Virus record (IMG/VR): IMGVR_UViG_3300025120_000076
Coordinates: 1 to 52,422 of that record
DNA from: a virus
Lineage: Duplodnaviria; Caudoviricetes
Reading direction: 5' to 3' (one strand)
Length of the DNA stretch: 52,422 bases
The translations under genes were made by a program, and so were the position numbers. Positions 37,911 to 46,898 of the stretch are shown piece after piece (the first letter of the stretch is position 1; every line of letters begins with the position of its first letter). The notes beneath the pieces were generated by a model. It searched no databases. It was not told the DNA's origin and saw nothing but the letters and a program-made list of their open reading frames with translations.

Positions 37911-38390
37911 TTATAGAGAAGCTAAAGATGAAAATGTAGCTTGATTCCAATACATTTGGTCATCAGCTAATAATCCAGCACCATCTTTACCTAATTGACA
38001 AGTAGAAGATACTCCACCTGGATTAGCAGTAAGTGCTCTGTTGATTATTTGAGAAGGCATGTTACCTGCTACAGTTACCGTGGCAGGATTAACAATAGCA
38101 ACTGCTCCTGTTCCTTGTGTATCTGCTGGATCTGAAATAGTGCTAGTACCTACAAGTAAAGTAAGTATTCTTCCACCTACTGTTCCAGCTGGTACTGTAG
38201 CGCCATCAGCGTGTCCTGCTTCTAACCCTACGTATTCACTTAGTGTAACAACTACACTGTAAGCACCACCACCAGATACTGCATCTGATATGCTTTCGAT
38301 TTTGTCAACATCTAGTAATACTGATCTTGATCCTGTACCACTTCCTAAAGTAGCATTGTTTGCGATGTTAAATTTAATAAATTTCGCCAT
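37911..38390 (-). CDS. hypothetical protein, possibly an abundant virion / decoration protein
   Basis: 159 aa, G/A/T/V-rich, with capsid-like codon usage. Confidence 0.65.
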   Translation of the reverse strand: MAKFIKFNIANNATLGSGTGSRSVLLDVDKIESISDAVSGGGAYSVVVTLSEYVGLEAGHADGATVPAGTVGGRILTLLVGTSTISDPADTQGTGAVAIVNPATVTVAGNMPSQIINRALTANPGGVSSTCQLGKDGAGLLADDQMYWNQATFSSLASL

Positions 38391-38468
38391 AATTTTTGTT
38401 TTTGTTTTTGTTAATGTTTATGTGATTGTTTTTATGTGAGTTTTATTACAGACCTCTACTGTTATTTT

Positions 38469-39005
38469 TTATCCTTCTTCTACTGGGTTTGTAAGATCTC
38501 CACTTATAGGTAGTGTTCCTCTAGAAGCTCCAGCAATAGAGTTTGTAGCACCTTGTGCACCTCCAGATATAAATTCGTTAGAAACTTGCTCTGCAGCACC
38601 TGCTTCTTGAGCAACAGCGGCATCTTCGCCTTCTGTTGTTGCACCTGCGTCATCACCTGCTAATTGACTTTCTATAGAATCTAGTTTAGTTATTATTTCT
38701 TGGTGTCTTCCTTTTCTTCCTCTCCCTCTTCTTTTTCCACCAAGTATAGCCGCGGCAGCTCCAGCAAGAAAACCAAAATTAGCTGGTGAATCATTGTGCT
38801 CAGCACCTGTTGAATTTTTACCATCATAATTATAACTACCATGAGCATCGTCAAATAAAGCTTCAGCGTGGCCTTTGTGACCTTCTTTCATTTGTCGCTT
38901 ACCTCTTTTTACATCTTCTTCTTCCCATGAGTTAACCATGTGACGTCTAGAGTGTTTAGCGTTTCCGCTGTATTGACCATAATGTCCTTTTTGTTTATAT
39001 GCCAT
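38469..39005 (-). CDS. modular protein with MAYKQ leader
   Basis: MAYKQKG..., a His-rich module, DSPAN, then a hydrophobic plus basic segment and an acidic tail. Confidence 0.7.
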   Translation of the reverse strand: MAYKQKGHYGQYSGNAKHSRRHMVNSWEEEDVKRGKRQMKEGHKGHAEALFDDAHGSYNYDGKNSTGAEHNDSPANFGFLAGAAAAILGGKRRGRGRKGRHQEIITKLDSIESQLAGDDAGATTEGEDAAVAQEAGAAEQVSNEFISGGAQGATNSIAGASRGTLPISGDLTNPVEEG

Positions 39006-39018
39006 AACTTTGTATTTA

Positions 39019-39792
39019 TTAACCTAATCTAAAAGTATCAGAACTTGAATTATAATAAATAGATTGACCTTTAGGTATATCTCCTTTATTTATTTTCTTT
39101 TCAATTTTTTTTGATTGTCTTTTAGATTGTCTTTTAGTTTTTGACTCTTGTCTTTTAGTGACTTTATCTAGTTTATTTTTGTTTCTTTTTGTAACTCTTT
39201 TAGCTTTTTCAGATTGTCTTTTAGTCGTTCTATCTATTCTACCTTGTATTCTAGCTTCTTTAGCTTTATTACCTTTACCTTGTTTAGCTGCTTTAAGTTT
39301 TCTATCTAGTCTGTTTAATCTACCTTTACCCTCATTACTATCACGCTTTACATTATCATTACCACCACTTACAGCACCACTACCACTTATTGTTGCTCCT
39401 TCAAATTCACCAAAGTCTACATCATATCTTTCTGGAGACGAATAAGAATTTTCACCAGTTTGAACATCGTTATTATTTTGCAAAACAAAACTTGAAAAAT
39501 CAGGTTCAGCATTTAAAGGAGATTCTGTTCTACTTAAACCCATTAGAGTTTTAGCTAAATGAGCTTGTTTTTCTAACTTACCACCTTTATTTTCTTTTAT
39601 AACTTTATTAGCATACGCGGCCGTACTCATGCCCGCTTTCTCTGCTTTAGCTTTAAATTGTCCTTTGCTATTTTTGGTAGCATCAGCTATCCAATCTTTA
39701 GCATCTAGTGGACTCATTACTCTTGAAACGCCGCACATAGACATAGCTTTGCCAGATTTTCTAGATGGTCCAAAATTTTGTTTATATGCCAT
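39019..39792 (-). CDS. basic modular protein with MAYKQNFGP leader
   Basis: GVSRVMSPLD and GLSRTESPLN bracket a WIADA...AGMS...LAKTL module. The C-half is K/R-rich. Confidence 0.75.
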   Translation of the reverse strand: MAYKQNFGPSRKSGKAMSMCGVSRVMSPLDAKDWIADATKNSKGQFKAKAEKAGMSTAAYANKVIKENKGGKLEKQAHLAKTLMGLSRTESPLNAEPDFSSFVLQNNNDVQTGENSYSSPERYDVDFGEFEGATISGSGAVSGGNDNVKRDSNEGKGRLNRLDRKLKAAKQGKGNKAKEARIQGRIDRTTKRQSEKAKRVTKRNKNKLDKVTKRQESKTKRQSKRQSKKIEKKINKGDIPKGQSIYYNSSSDTFRLG

Positions 39793-39802
39793 AATTTGTT
39801 TT

Positions 39803-40306
39803 TTAATCTAGTTTATCTAATAATACTATGTCAATAGGAGGTGTTGGTGAAGATGCAAAAACTTTTACTACTTGTAAGTCAAGTATCTTGCCAGCTGGAA
39901 TATTATTTACAGTTGTTGTGTTACCTGAAACATCTGTAATTTTAACGTCACCTGTAGTTCCAAAGTATAAAGAGTAACCCTCACTACCAGCTACATTACC
40001 TTTGTATATTTCATACACATCATTAGCTGCTATTGCAACACCCGTTGTATCTATAGTTATAGTTGTATCGCTTACCACATTTTTAACTTGATAGCATTTG
40101 CTCTGCGTTTTGTTATATATGATATCACCACTGCTTATGTTATATCCTAAAGCATTTGTTTTAGCATTCGTGAACTCAGCAGATGAATCAACTAAGGTTG
40201 TAGTATTAGAACCCGCTGCAGCTGACCCAGTTTTCAATAACCCAGGTTGAGGTAAATTATAATCGTCACTGGGTATAACGGTTAATGATGAAATGTATGT
40301 GCTCAT
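39803..40306 (-). CDS. hypothetical beta-rich protein, probably virion-associated
   Basis: Patterns TTLVDSSA.F, GDIIYN and LYFGTTGDVKI...IPAG.IL..QV.KV are seen in small phage structural proteins. Confidence 0.55.
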   Translation of the reverse strand: MSTYISSLTVIPSDDYNLPQPGLLKTGSAAAGSNTTTLVDSSAEFTNAKTNALGYNISSGDIIYNKTQSKCYQVKNVVSDTTITIDTTGVAIAANDVYEIYKGNVAGSEGYSLYFGTTGDVKITDVSGNTTTVNNIPAGKILDLQVVKVFASSPTPPIDIVLLDKLD

Positions 40307-40330
40307 GTTTTAATTTTTAAAGTTCTTATA

Positions 40331-40555
40331 TTACACGCCCTGTGCTTTTAACACTGGATTCATACCACCGCCTTTTACAGGTGCTTTTAGTATTTCCATA
40401 CCAGTTATACCTGAACTTGAACCTATACCGTGAGCTCTACCAGCTTGGTCTAGTGGTCCGTCCCAAACATGAGATTCACCTACTATACCAACCTTACTAC
40501 CTGGTTTTAATTTTTCCATTGAAGGATCGTATTTTCCGTGGCCTTTTTGATGCAT
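40331..40555 (-). CDS. hypothetical protein
   Basis: 74-aa Gly-rich ORF in the operon. Confidence 0.65.
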   Translation of the reverse strand: MHQKGHGKYDPSMEKLKPGSKVGIVGESHVWDGPLDQAGRAHGIGSSSGITGMEILKAPVKGGGMNPVLKAQGV

Positions 40556-40559
40556 AATT

Positions 40560-41009
40560 TTAATTTTTATATTTATCTTTGTTTGCGTTATATATAGATT
40601 TTGATAATACTTTATCTGTATATGTTTTTCTTTTAATTATAGAATTTCTTCTTTGACTTGAAGGTATTTCCTCTTTGCCTAGCATTATTCTATATATTCT
40701 TTTTATAAGTTGCTTTCCTTTAAAAGAAACTTTGTATATATTGTAAGTTTGAGTAGTTCTATTTCTTTTTCTCCATACAACAACCCAATCATTTTTTATT
40801 AACCTGCTCCATCTTCTATTGTCCCAACTATAAGAATAAGATCCTTCTTTAAAATCTTTTAATGTAAAAAGATCTATACAATCTAAATATATTAAAAGTT
40901 CTAAATCAGCTTCATTTATGCCGTTGTTTTTGGAAGCCCATTTGCGTATTATACGATAATGTTTTAACAGATTAATTTTTTTTAAATCTTCTGCATCTAG
41001 CTTTTTCAT
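40560..41009 (-). CDS. putative winged-helix (MarR-like) DNA-binding protein
   Basis: Basic. INEADLELLIYL helix, RLIKNDWV recognition-helix end and YKVSFKGKQL wing motif. Confidence 0.55.
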   Translation of the reverse strand: MKKLDAEDLKKINLLKHYRIIRKWASKNNGINEADLELLIYLDCIDLFTLKDFKEGSYSYSWDNRRWSRLIKNDWVVVWRKRNRTTQTYNIYKVSFKGKQLIKRIYRIMLGKEEIPSSQRRNSIIKRKTYTDKVLSKSIYNANKDKYKN

Positions 41010-41269
41010 AAAACAACGACCACATCTTGTAGTTTAATAACGTGGTAAGCTTTATTTTCTATTTCTATTTTATGACCTGAGTGCTTATCGTAAAATATTT
41101 CATCACCTACAGCAACTCCAGCCACATCATCACCCATGCTTATAATATTAGCCCTTAAATACCTAATGTCATCTTTGTGTGATTCTGCTAATAGTAAACC
41201 TCCTTTTGTTGAGGTTGTACCATCTTTTATTTTTTCTATAATTAAATTTCTACCTAGTGCTTTCATCAA
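41006..41269 (-). CDS. groES: co-chaperonin GroES (Cpn10)
   Basis: KALGRNLII, mobile loop TKGGLLL, VAVGDEIFY and IKLQDVV. Adjacent to groEL. Confidence 0.85.
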   Translation of the reverse strand: MMKALGRNLIIEKIKDGTTSTKGGLLLAESHKDDIRYLRANIISMGDDVAGVAVGDEIFYDKHSGHKIEIENKAYHVIKLQDVVVVL

Positions 41270-42824
41270 CTCTTACATTATTAATTACACAATCAGTAGA
41301 TATTATAGTAGTCGCTACGGAAGCCGCATTAATTAAAGCACTTTTAGTAACTAGTAGTGGATCTATAATACCATGTTTAACCATATTTACCATATTTCCT
41401 GTAACTACATCTAAACCTTCGCCTTTATTATTTTTTAAATGATCATTTTGCTTGTCTGTTACAACAACACCTGCATTATTTAATATTTTAAAAAAAGGAG
41501 CTTTTATAGCTCTTAATAAAGCTTTTTCTCCATTAGACTTAGATTTTAAACTATTTGAAGCGTTGAACAAGGCTATACCTCCGCCAGATACTATTCCTTC
41601 TTTTATTGCGGCTTTTGTAGCGCATATAGCGTCTTCTACTCTATCTGTTTTTTCTTTTAATTCAATATCAGAATTAGCACCTACTTTTACTATAGCTACT
41701 TTACCAGATAAACGAGCTAAACGTTTTTCTAGGTTTATAACAACGTGAGGTTTATTTTTCTTTGTTAAATCTTTTTTAATTTGATTTATAATATCTTTTA
41801 CTTCCTCACTTGTTTCATTAACTGTTATTAATGTTTTGTCACTATCAGAAGAAGCTTTAATACATGAACCTAAGTAATCAATATCTATAATACTTAAGTC
41901 ATCACCTAAATCTTCGTTTATAATAGTTGATCCCGTCAATAAAGCCAAGTCATCTAAAATAGTTTTTCTATTTAAACCATAAGCTGGAGGGTCTATAACA
42001 TTTATCTTTATATTCCCTTTCATTTTATTCATTACTAAAGCAGATAAAACAGCGTTTTCTACTTCACCTATAATCAATAAAGCTTTGTTGTTTTTTATAA
42101 CATGCTCTAGTACTGATTGTATCTGCCTAATTGAATCTACTTTTGATTCCATTATTAGCATTAGTGGATTTTCTAAATCAGCAGTGCTTTTGTCTTTATC
42201 AGTAGTAAAATTTATATGTGCAAAACCTTTATTATATTCTACACCTTCTACAATTTTAACCTCAGTGTCTCCAGTTTCAGAACCTTCCATTGTTACAACA
42301 CCTGTTTTACCAACTTCTCTAAAAGCATCAGCAATTAACTTACCTAACTCTTTATCATTGTTAGTAGATATTGTGGCTATGTTGTCAATCATTTCACCAG
42401 AAACTGGTAAACTGTTTTTTTCTAAATATTTTACAACTTTACCAACGCCGTCTAAAATACCTTTTTTAGTTATTCTTATATTAGCGTCTTTTTCTTTTGA
42501 TGAATAAACTTGATCCAATATAGCGTGCGCTAATATTGTTGCTGTTGTTGTTCCATCACCTGCTTCCCTAACTGTTTTACGAGATGCTTCTTTTAATAAA
42601 GTAGCACCCATATTTTCTATAGGATCTTTTAATATAATAGAGTTTGCAACTGTTACACCATCTTTGGTTATAACTGGGTGACCACTTGAGTCTTCCATTA
42701 TAACACATTTACCGCTGGCTCCAAGTGTGGAGCCAACAGCATTAGTGAGTTGTTCTATTCCTTTAAATACTTTAAACTTAGCTTCGTCACCAAAGCTTAA
42801 GTTCTTGACTATTGAGTCTGACAT
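41250..42824 (-). CDS. groEL: chaperonin GroEL (Cpn60)
   Basis: Motifs TLG..G, ITKDGVTVA, AGDGTTTAT, DRVEDAICATKAA, GIVSGGG and GIIDP..VT. Confidence 0.96.
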   Translation of the reverse strand: MSDSIVKNLSFGDEAKFKVFKGIEQLTNAVGSTLGASGKCVIMEDSSGHPVITKDGVTVANSIILKDPIENMGATLLKEASRKTVREAGDGTTTATILAHAILDQVYSSKEKDANIRITKKGILDGVGKVVKYLEKNSLPVSGEMIDNIATISTNNDKELGKLIADAFREVGKTGVVTMEGSETGDTEVKIVEGVEYNKGFAHINFTTDKDKSTADLENPLMLIMESKVDSIRQIQSVLEHVIKNNKALLIIGEVENAVLSALVMNKMKGNIKINVIDPPAYGLNRKTILDDLALLTGSTIINEDLGDDLSIIDIDYLGSCIKASSDSDKTLITVNETSEEVKDIINQIKKDLTKKNKPHVVINLEKRLARLSGKVAIVKVGANSDIELKEKTDRVEDAICATKAAIKEGIVSGGGIALFNASNSLKSKSNGEKALLRAIKAPFFKILNNAGVVVTDKQNDHLKNNKGEGLDVVTGNMVNMVKHGIIDPLLVTKSALINAASVATTIISTDCVINNVRVDESTR

Positions 42825-42851
42825 ATTTGATTTAATTTAATTTTATTTATT

Positions 42852-43142
42852 TTACTTAAAGGTCTTAACGACTTGTGGTCCGCGAATATAAGAAAGCTTT
42901 TTCTCATAGTGGTTAATGGAAGCATCTATTGCTTGTTCAGCTCCTTCCATTGTTTCGCGTCTCGTTACATCGATCCAAGAATCTTCTTGTTTTGGATCAA
43001 GGTATTCAGTTTGGTAGAATCCGTTTGGTAGTTGTACAATTCTCCAGTTTTTCTTTTGAATTATATGCTCCCATACTTTTTTGGTCTCTTCCGTTATTTG
43101 TGGTTGACTACTCCACGAACTAGTCTGGTAATATAGTGTCAT
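42852..43142 (-). CDS. hypothetical protein
   Basis: 96-aa ORF (WRIVQLPNGFYQTE...WIDVTRRET) upstream of groEL. Confidence 0.75.
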   Translation of the reverse strand: MTLYYQTSSWSSQPQITEETKKVWEHIIQKKNWRIVQLPNGFYQTEYLDPKQEDSWIDVTRRETMEGAEQAIDASINHYEKKLSYIRGPQVVKTFK

Positions 43143-43200
43143 CGGTTTTGGTTTTTAAATTTGACATTGGTTATTGCTCTCACCGAGCAGGTATGTTTTT

Positions 43201-43229
43201 ATTATCACTTGATTTTAGTGATTTTTACA
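43201..43229 (-). promoter_or_regulatory. putative late promoter motif, copy 2
   Basis: TGTAAAAA-N11-AAGTGATAAT, intergenic and upstream of the groEL unit. Confidence 0.55.
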
Positions 43230-43230
43230 T

Positions 43231-43536
43231 TTAAGTAAAACTTAACGTTTCATCTTCTTCTTTAGCTAACTCATTTACTTCATTTGCACAAGCTATTATT
43301 AAATCATCTGAATAAGGTTTTGTCCAGTCAATAAGTTTAGCTTTAAATTCTGGTGTATCCTCCCATTCAACAAAGTTATCAGGGTCAAAAGTTAATTTTG
43401 TAACTCCACTATGACTGGAAGAGTATTTCCCATCATCAGCTTTAACCGTAAAGCTAACGTATTCAATAACGTGTTCTTTTCCTTCTAAGGATTTTTTAGC
43501 TTTTATATTTGTTATTTCTATTGAAGCGTTTATCAT
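43231..43536 (-). CDS. small tail-fibre-associated protein (assembly-chaperone-like)
   Basis: Directly downstream of a fibre gene. The DPDNFVEW...LIDW pattern is common in such proteins. Confidence 0.5.
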   Translation of the reverse strand: MINASIEITNIKAKKSLEGKEHVIEYVSFTVKADDGKYSSSHSGVTKLTFDPDNFVEWEDTPEFKAKLIDWTKPYSDDLIIACANEVNELAKEEDETLSFT

Positions 43537-43547
43537 TATAATTTATT

Positions 43548-46500
43548 TTAAAAAGTATCAACATCAAATATTCTATATCTTATTTTTATAGATATACTTG
43601 TCAACCCTGATGGGTATGCGCCAGAGTTTTGTTTATGTATAGTAGTTGCTTTATTAACAGCGTATGTTCTACCTTGAGAACCAGAGCCAGTAGGTATATC
43701 TCTTGTATAAAATCCATAAAATGGAGCTGACCCTGATTGAGATTGATTAACTATTTCATTAAATCTTAAAGCAGGTAAAATTGACACTGAAGCACTAGCT
43801 TGGGCTAAATTTGCTTGTCTTATTTCTAGATTGTTTGATGTTGATCCAGTTGAAGAATATTTCATCATCCAATCGGTATATGTAATTACAACGGCTTTGT
43901 CAGCGCCTGGAGCTGATATTAAAGTTTGACCTAGTGTTGAATTAAGTTGCGCAAGTGTAAACGTAAAAGTAGCTTCTTGTTCGCCTCTTACAACGTTACC
44001 ATCTGGATCAACACATAATGCAGCTAGCGTATCTTGGGTTGCAGCTTGGTTATCTTGATTAGGGCTTAGAGGTCCAGTTGTTGAAACTGCTATAGCTGTA
44101 TAAGGATCAAAAGCAATTTTTCCTTCTTTTACAGTAATTTGTTTTTTACCTTTACTTACAAGGCTTACTCCGTTAGCAGCATCAAAACTACCTAATCCTG
44201 TGTCGTCATCACCCGCACATGTAAAATCAGCAGCATTAACTCCTTTAACTTGAACTTGGCTATTAACAAATAAAACTCCAGTTGATACTTCTGCTAACCC
44301 AGAATTTGAGGTTATACTTGAACTACCGTTAAAAATAGCTATTTCTCCACTTGTACCTGTACCTGTTACTGTACCTTGAGGCACACCAGATATAGCATTA
44401 TCTACATAAAGTTTATTAGCCGCATCTGTAGAATCGGTTACGGTATCAACACCTTGTATTCTTCCAGTTCCTTGTAAAAAAAGATCTCCGGAAGTTATAA
44501 TTAATCTACCTGAGGTAGTTATTGACATTCTTTCAGCAGACTCATCATTCATAAAAAAGTCTAGCGTCTCAGCGCTGCAATCAAATTTAATTGCCGCAGC
44601 TTGGTTAGTTGGATCTTGGGCGTCAATAAAAACAAGACCTGCTTTAGTTTCTGCTGTATTTTCAATTATCAAGTCTTTTGTATCACCTGATATTTTAACA
44701 TCACTACTAAATGTTTTAGCTCCCGAAATTGTTTGGGTCGTGTCTAGCGTTACGTAGTTAGTTAAACTTGGTATACTTGCATCAACATAAGCTTTATTCG
44801 CCGCATCAGTTGAATCAGACACTGTATCTACACCTTGTATCCTTCCTGTACCATCTAAAACTATTTGACCATTGCTGACAGTTACAGTACTTGAGAAAGT
44901 AGCTGCAGTTGCTGTCAATCCTTGGATTTCCATATTTTTATTAACCTCTATATGCTCACCGCCATTAGTAGTAATAAATCTCATATATAAATCAGAGCCT
45001 TGTTTTATTTCTAAAGCAGCACCGCCATTATCTATCATTAAAATATCAGAACTACTTGAAGTCAAATCAATGTCACCTATTATACCAATACCTGTGTTTG
45101 TAGTTTCAAACTTTTTAGAGTTATCGTAATAAAGCTCTATTGGCCCGTCTAGTGTGAATTTAGCATAGTTTTCTCCTAATGCTCCTGACTTTATATTAAC
45201 ACCTGTGTCTGAGTATATTTCTAAACTTCCTGGACCTGATTCTTCAATAAACGAACCAGTACCCATGCTTGAGTGAAATATTCGAAGGTCAGAAGAATTA
45301 CCAAATTGTGCTTTTACATTATCTTCTAAGTCTATACTTCCAGTCATTGTCCCACCAGCAAGTGGTAAGAAAGGCCCAAGTCCTCCACCGTGAGAGTCCA
45401 CGTAAGCTTTAGTTGCAGCATCTGCTCCGGCAGTTGGTGTCGCTAAATCATAGATTTTTTGGTCGTTCATATGTAACGGAACAAAACTATTAACTTCTGA
45501 AGCAGTTATATTAAAATACGTAGGAGAAGCATCGCTATCTCTAAAATTATGACTAACTGCATCGTAATAAGCGCTACCACTATTGTACAATTCTATATTA
45601 GCACCAGTTGGTGTTGAAAGAATAATATTATTTGAACTGGCTATACTGTTTGCTGATAATGTAATTTGACCACTATTTCCTGCTGCAGCTTCAATATTAC
45701 CTGAAAAACTCCCTGCTCCTTGGTGGCTATTCCAATTTGGAGTTTCAGTATCAGGGTTTGATGAATGGATTAAAGTACCAGTGGGTGTTCCAGCTGATGG
45801 AGTTGTAAATATTTCAGAGGTGCTTGGATTTGATATAACTTCAACTACAGGTTGAGCAAAATCATCAACGCATAACCATATTTCTACTTGACCATCACTT
45901 AATTCATATACCTCTAAATAGACGTCATCTAAAGTAGCTATATCTCCATCATATCTAAACACAAAGTTTTTAGTTGAACCTCTTCTTTGAAATATAGCTT
46001 CTTGAACCATTTGGTCATTATTACCATAATCAAACGCTCTGTCTATTTTAAATCTTGCGTACCCGTCTGTTGTATTTGTATTTTTGTAAATTTTAAACTT
46101 TTCAGCGCCTGAGCTTGATGAAATACCTATAAAAGCTTTTTGACCCGTAAGAGAATTAGAACTTATCTGTGTATTATATTTTACAGTTGTTCCAATAAGC
46201 CCACCAGTTAAAGTTCCACCAGCAAGTGGTAAGTAAGCACCACCTGTTGCGGGCGCGCCACCTATGTCACTTAGTACTTGTGCTCCAGTTCTGTATTTTA
46301 CTGTACCACCATCACTTACTAAAAATTTATCAGTATCTGATGTTGCGTTTGATATAGTTTGAAACGTACCTGTTCCTTGTACATTTACATTTGTAACATT
46401 ACTTGCTGGTGCTCCAAAGTATACAGTGCCGCCGCTTGTGCCTGTGTTAATAAAACTGGTACTAGAAGATTGAAACATTTGCAAAAAAGTAGTTCCACTA

Positions 46501-46847
46501 GCTTGCAAGGTTATACTTGCTGTAGCGTCTGAACCAACTGTAATTGATCTTCCAAACGTAGTAGCGCCACCTTTTAAATAAGATCCAGTGGATGCGTCAC
46601 TTGATATTAATACTTTGTTACTACCACCGTTAGCTAATCTTAATTCCATTGCATCACCATCAGATGCATAAAAACCAGAAGATGAACTGTAATCACCACC
46701 ACCATTTTTAGTTTGAACTAACAATGCAAAACTGTCACTTAGAGAACTATTTTGTTTGACATGAAGTGTTGCACCAGTGCTGTTTTGGCGTCCAGTCATT
46801 AACGTGTCACCTGTTACTGTAGAACTATTTTTAAGATTTATTGACAT
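43548..46847 (-). CDS. tail fibre protein
   Basis: S/T/G-rich. Repeats [YF]LPLAGGT.TG x2, DAA[NT]K.YVD x3 and GTGRIQGVDTV x2, plus QTISGAKTF. Confidence 0.8.
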   Translation of the reverse strand: MSINLKNSSTVTGDTLMTGRQNSTGATLHVKQNSSLSDSFALLVQTKNGGGDYSSSSGFYASDGDAMELRLANGGSNKVLISSDASTGSYLKGGATTFGRSITVGSDATASITLQASGTTFLQMFQSSSTSFINTGTSGGTVYFGAPASNVTNVNVQGTGTFQTISNATSDTDKFLVSDGGTVKYRTGAQVLSDIGGAPATGGAYLPLAGGTLTGGLIGTTVKYNTQISSNSLTGQKAFIGISSSSGAEKFKIYKNTNTTDGYARFKIDRAFDYGNNDQMVQEAIFQRRGSTKNFVFRYDGDIATLDDVYLEVYELSDGQVEIWLCVDDFAQPVVEVISNPSTSEIFTTPSAGTPTGTLIHSSNPDTETPNWNSHQGAGSFSGNIEAAAGNSGQITLSANSIASSNNIILSTPTGANIELYNSGSAYYDAVSHNFRDSDASPTYFNITASEVNSFVPLHMNDQKIYDLATPTAGADAATKAYVDSHGGGLGPFLPLAGGTMTGSIDLEDNVKAQFGNSSDLRIFHSSMGTGSFIEESGPGSLEIYSDTGVNIKSGALGENYAKFTLDGPIELYYDNSKKFETTNTGIGIIGDIDLTSSSSDILMIDNGGAALEIKQGSDLYMRFITTNGGEHIEVNKNMEIQGLTATAATFSSTVTVSNGQIVLDGTGRIQGVDTVSDSTDAANKAYVDASIPSLTNYVTLDTTQTISGAKTFSSDVKISGDTKDLIIENTAETKAGLVFIDAQDPTNQAAAIKFDCSAETLDFFMNDESAERMSITTSGRLIITSGDLFLQGTGRIQGVDTVTDSTDAANKLYVDNAISGVPQGTVTGTGTSGEIAIFNGSSSITSNSGLAEVSTGVLFVNSQVQVKGVNAADFTCAGDDDTGLGSFDAANGVSLVSKGKKQITVKEGKIAFDPYTAIAVSTTGPLSPNQDNQAATQDTLAALCVDPDGNVVRGEQEATFTFTLAQLNSTLGQTLISAPGADKAVVITYTDWMMKYSSTGSTSNNLEIRQANLAQASASVSILPALRFNEIVNQSQSGSAPFYGFYTRDIPTGSGSQGRTYAVNKATTIHKQNSGAYPSGLTSISIKIRYRIFDVDTF

Positions 46848-46867
46848 CTTTTTTTATTAAATTAAAT

Positions 46868-46889
46868 ACCGGTCCAATTAAGAACCGGT
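46868..46889 (-). promoter_or_regulatory. intergenic hairpin between the fibre genes
   Basis: Minus strand reads ACCGGTTC-ttaatt-GGACCGGT followed by an AT-rich tract. Confidence 0.5.
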
Positions 46890-46898
46890 TAGATTAAA

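Noticed and set aside
44400-44852. Diversity-generating retroelement TR/VR pair in the tail fibre
   Set aside because: Both repeats are in-frame coding with mostly synonymous differences, not adenine-specific ones, and no reverse transcriptase is present in the window.
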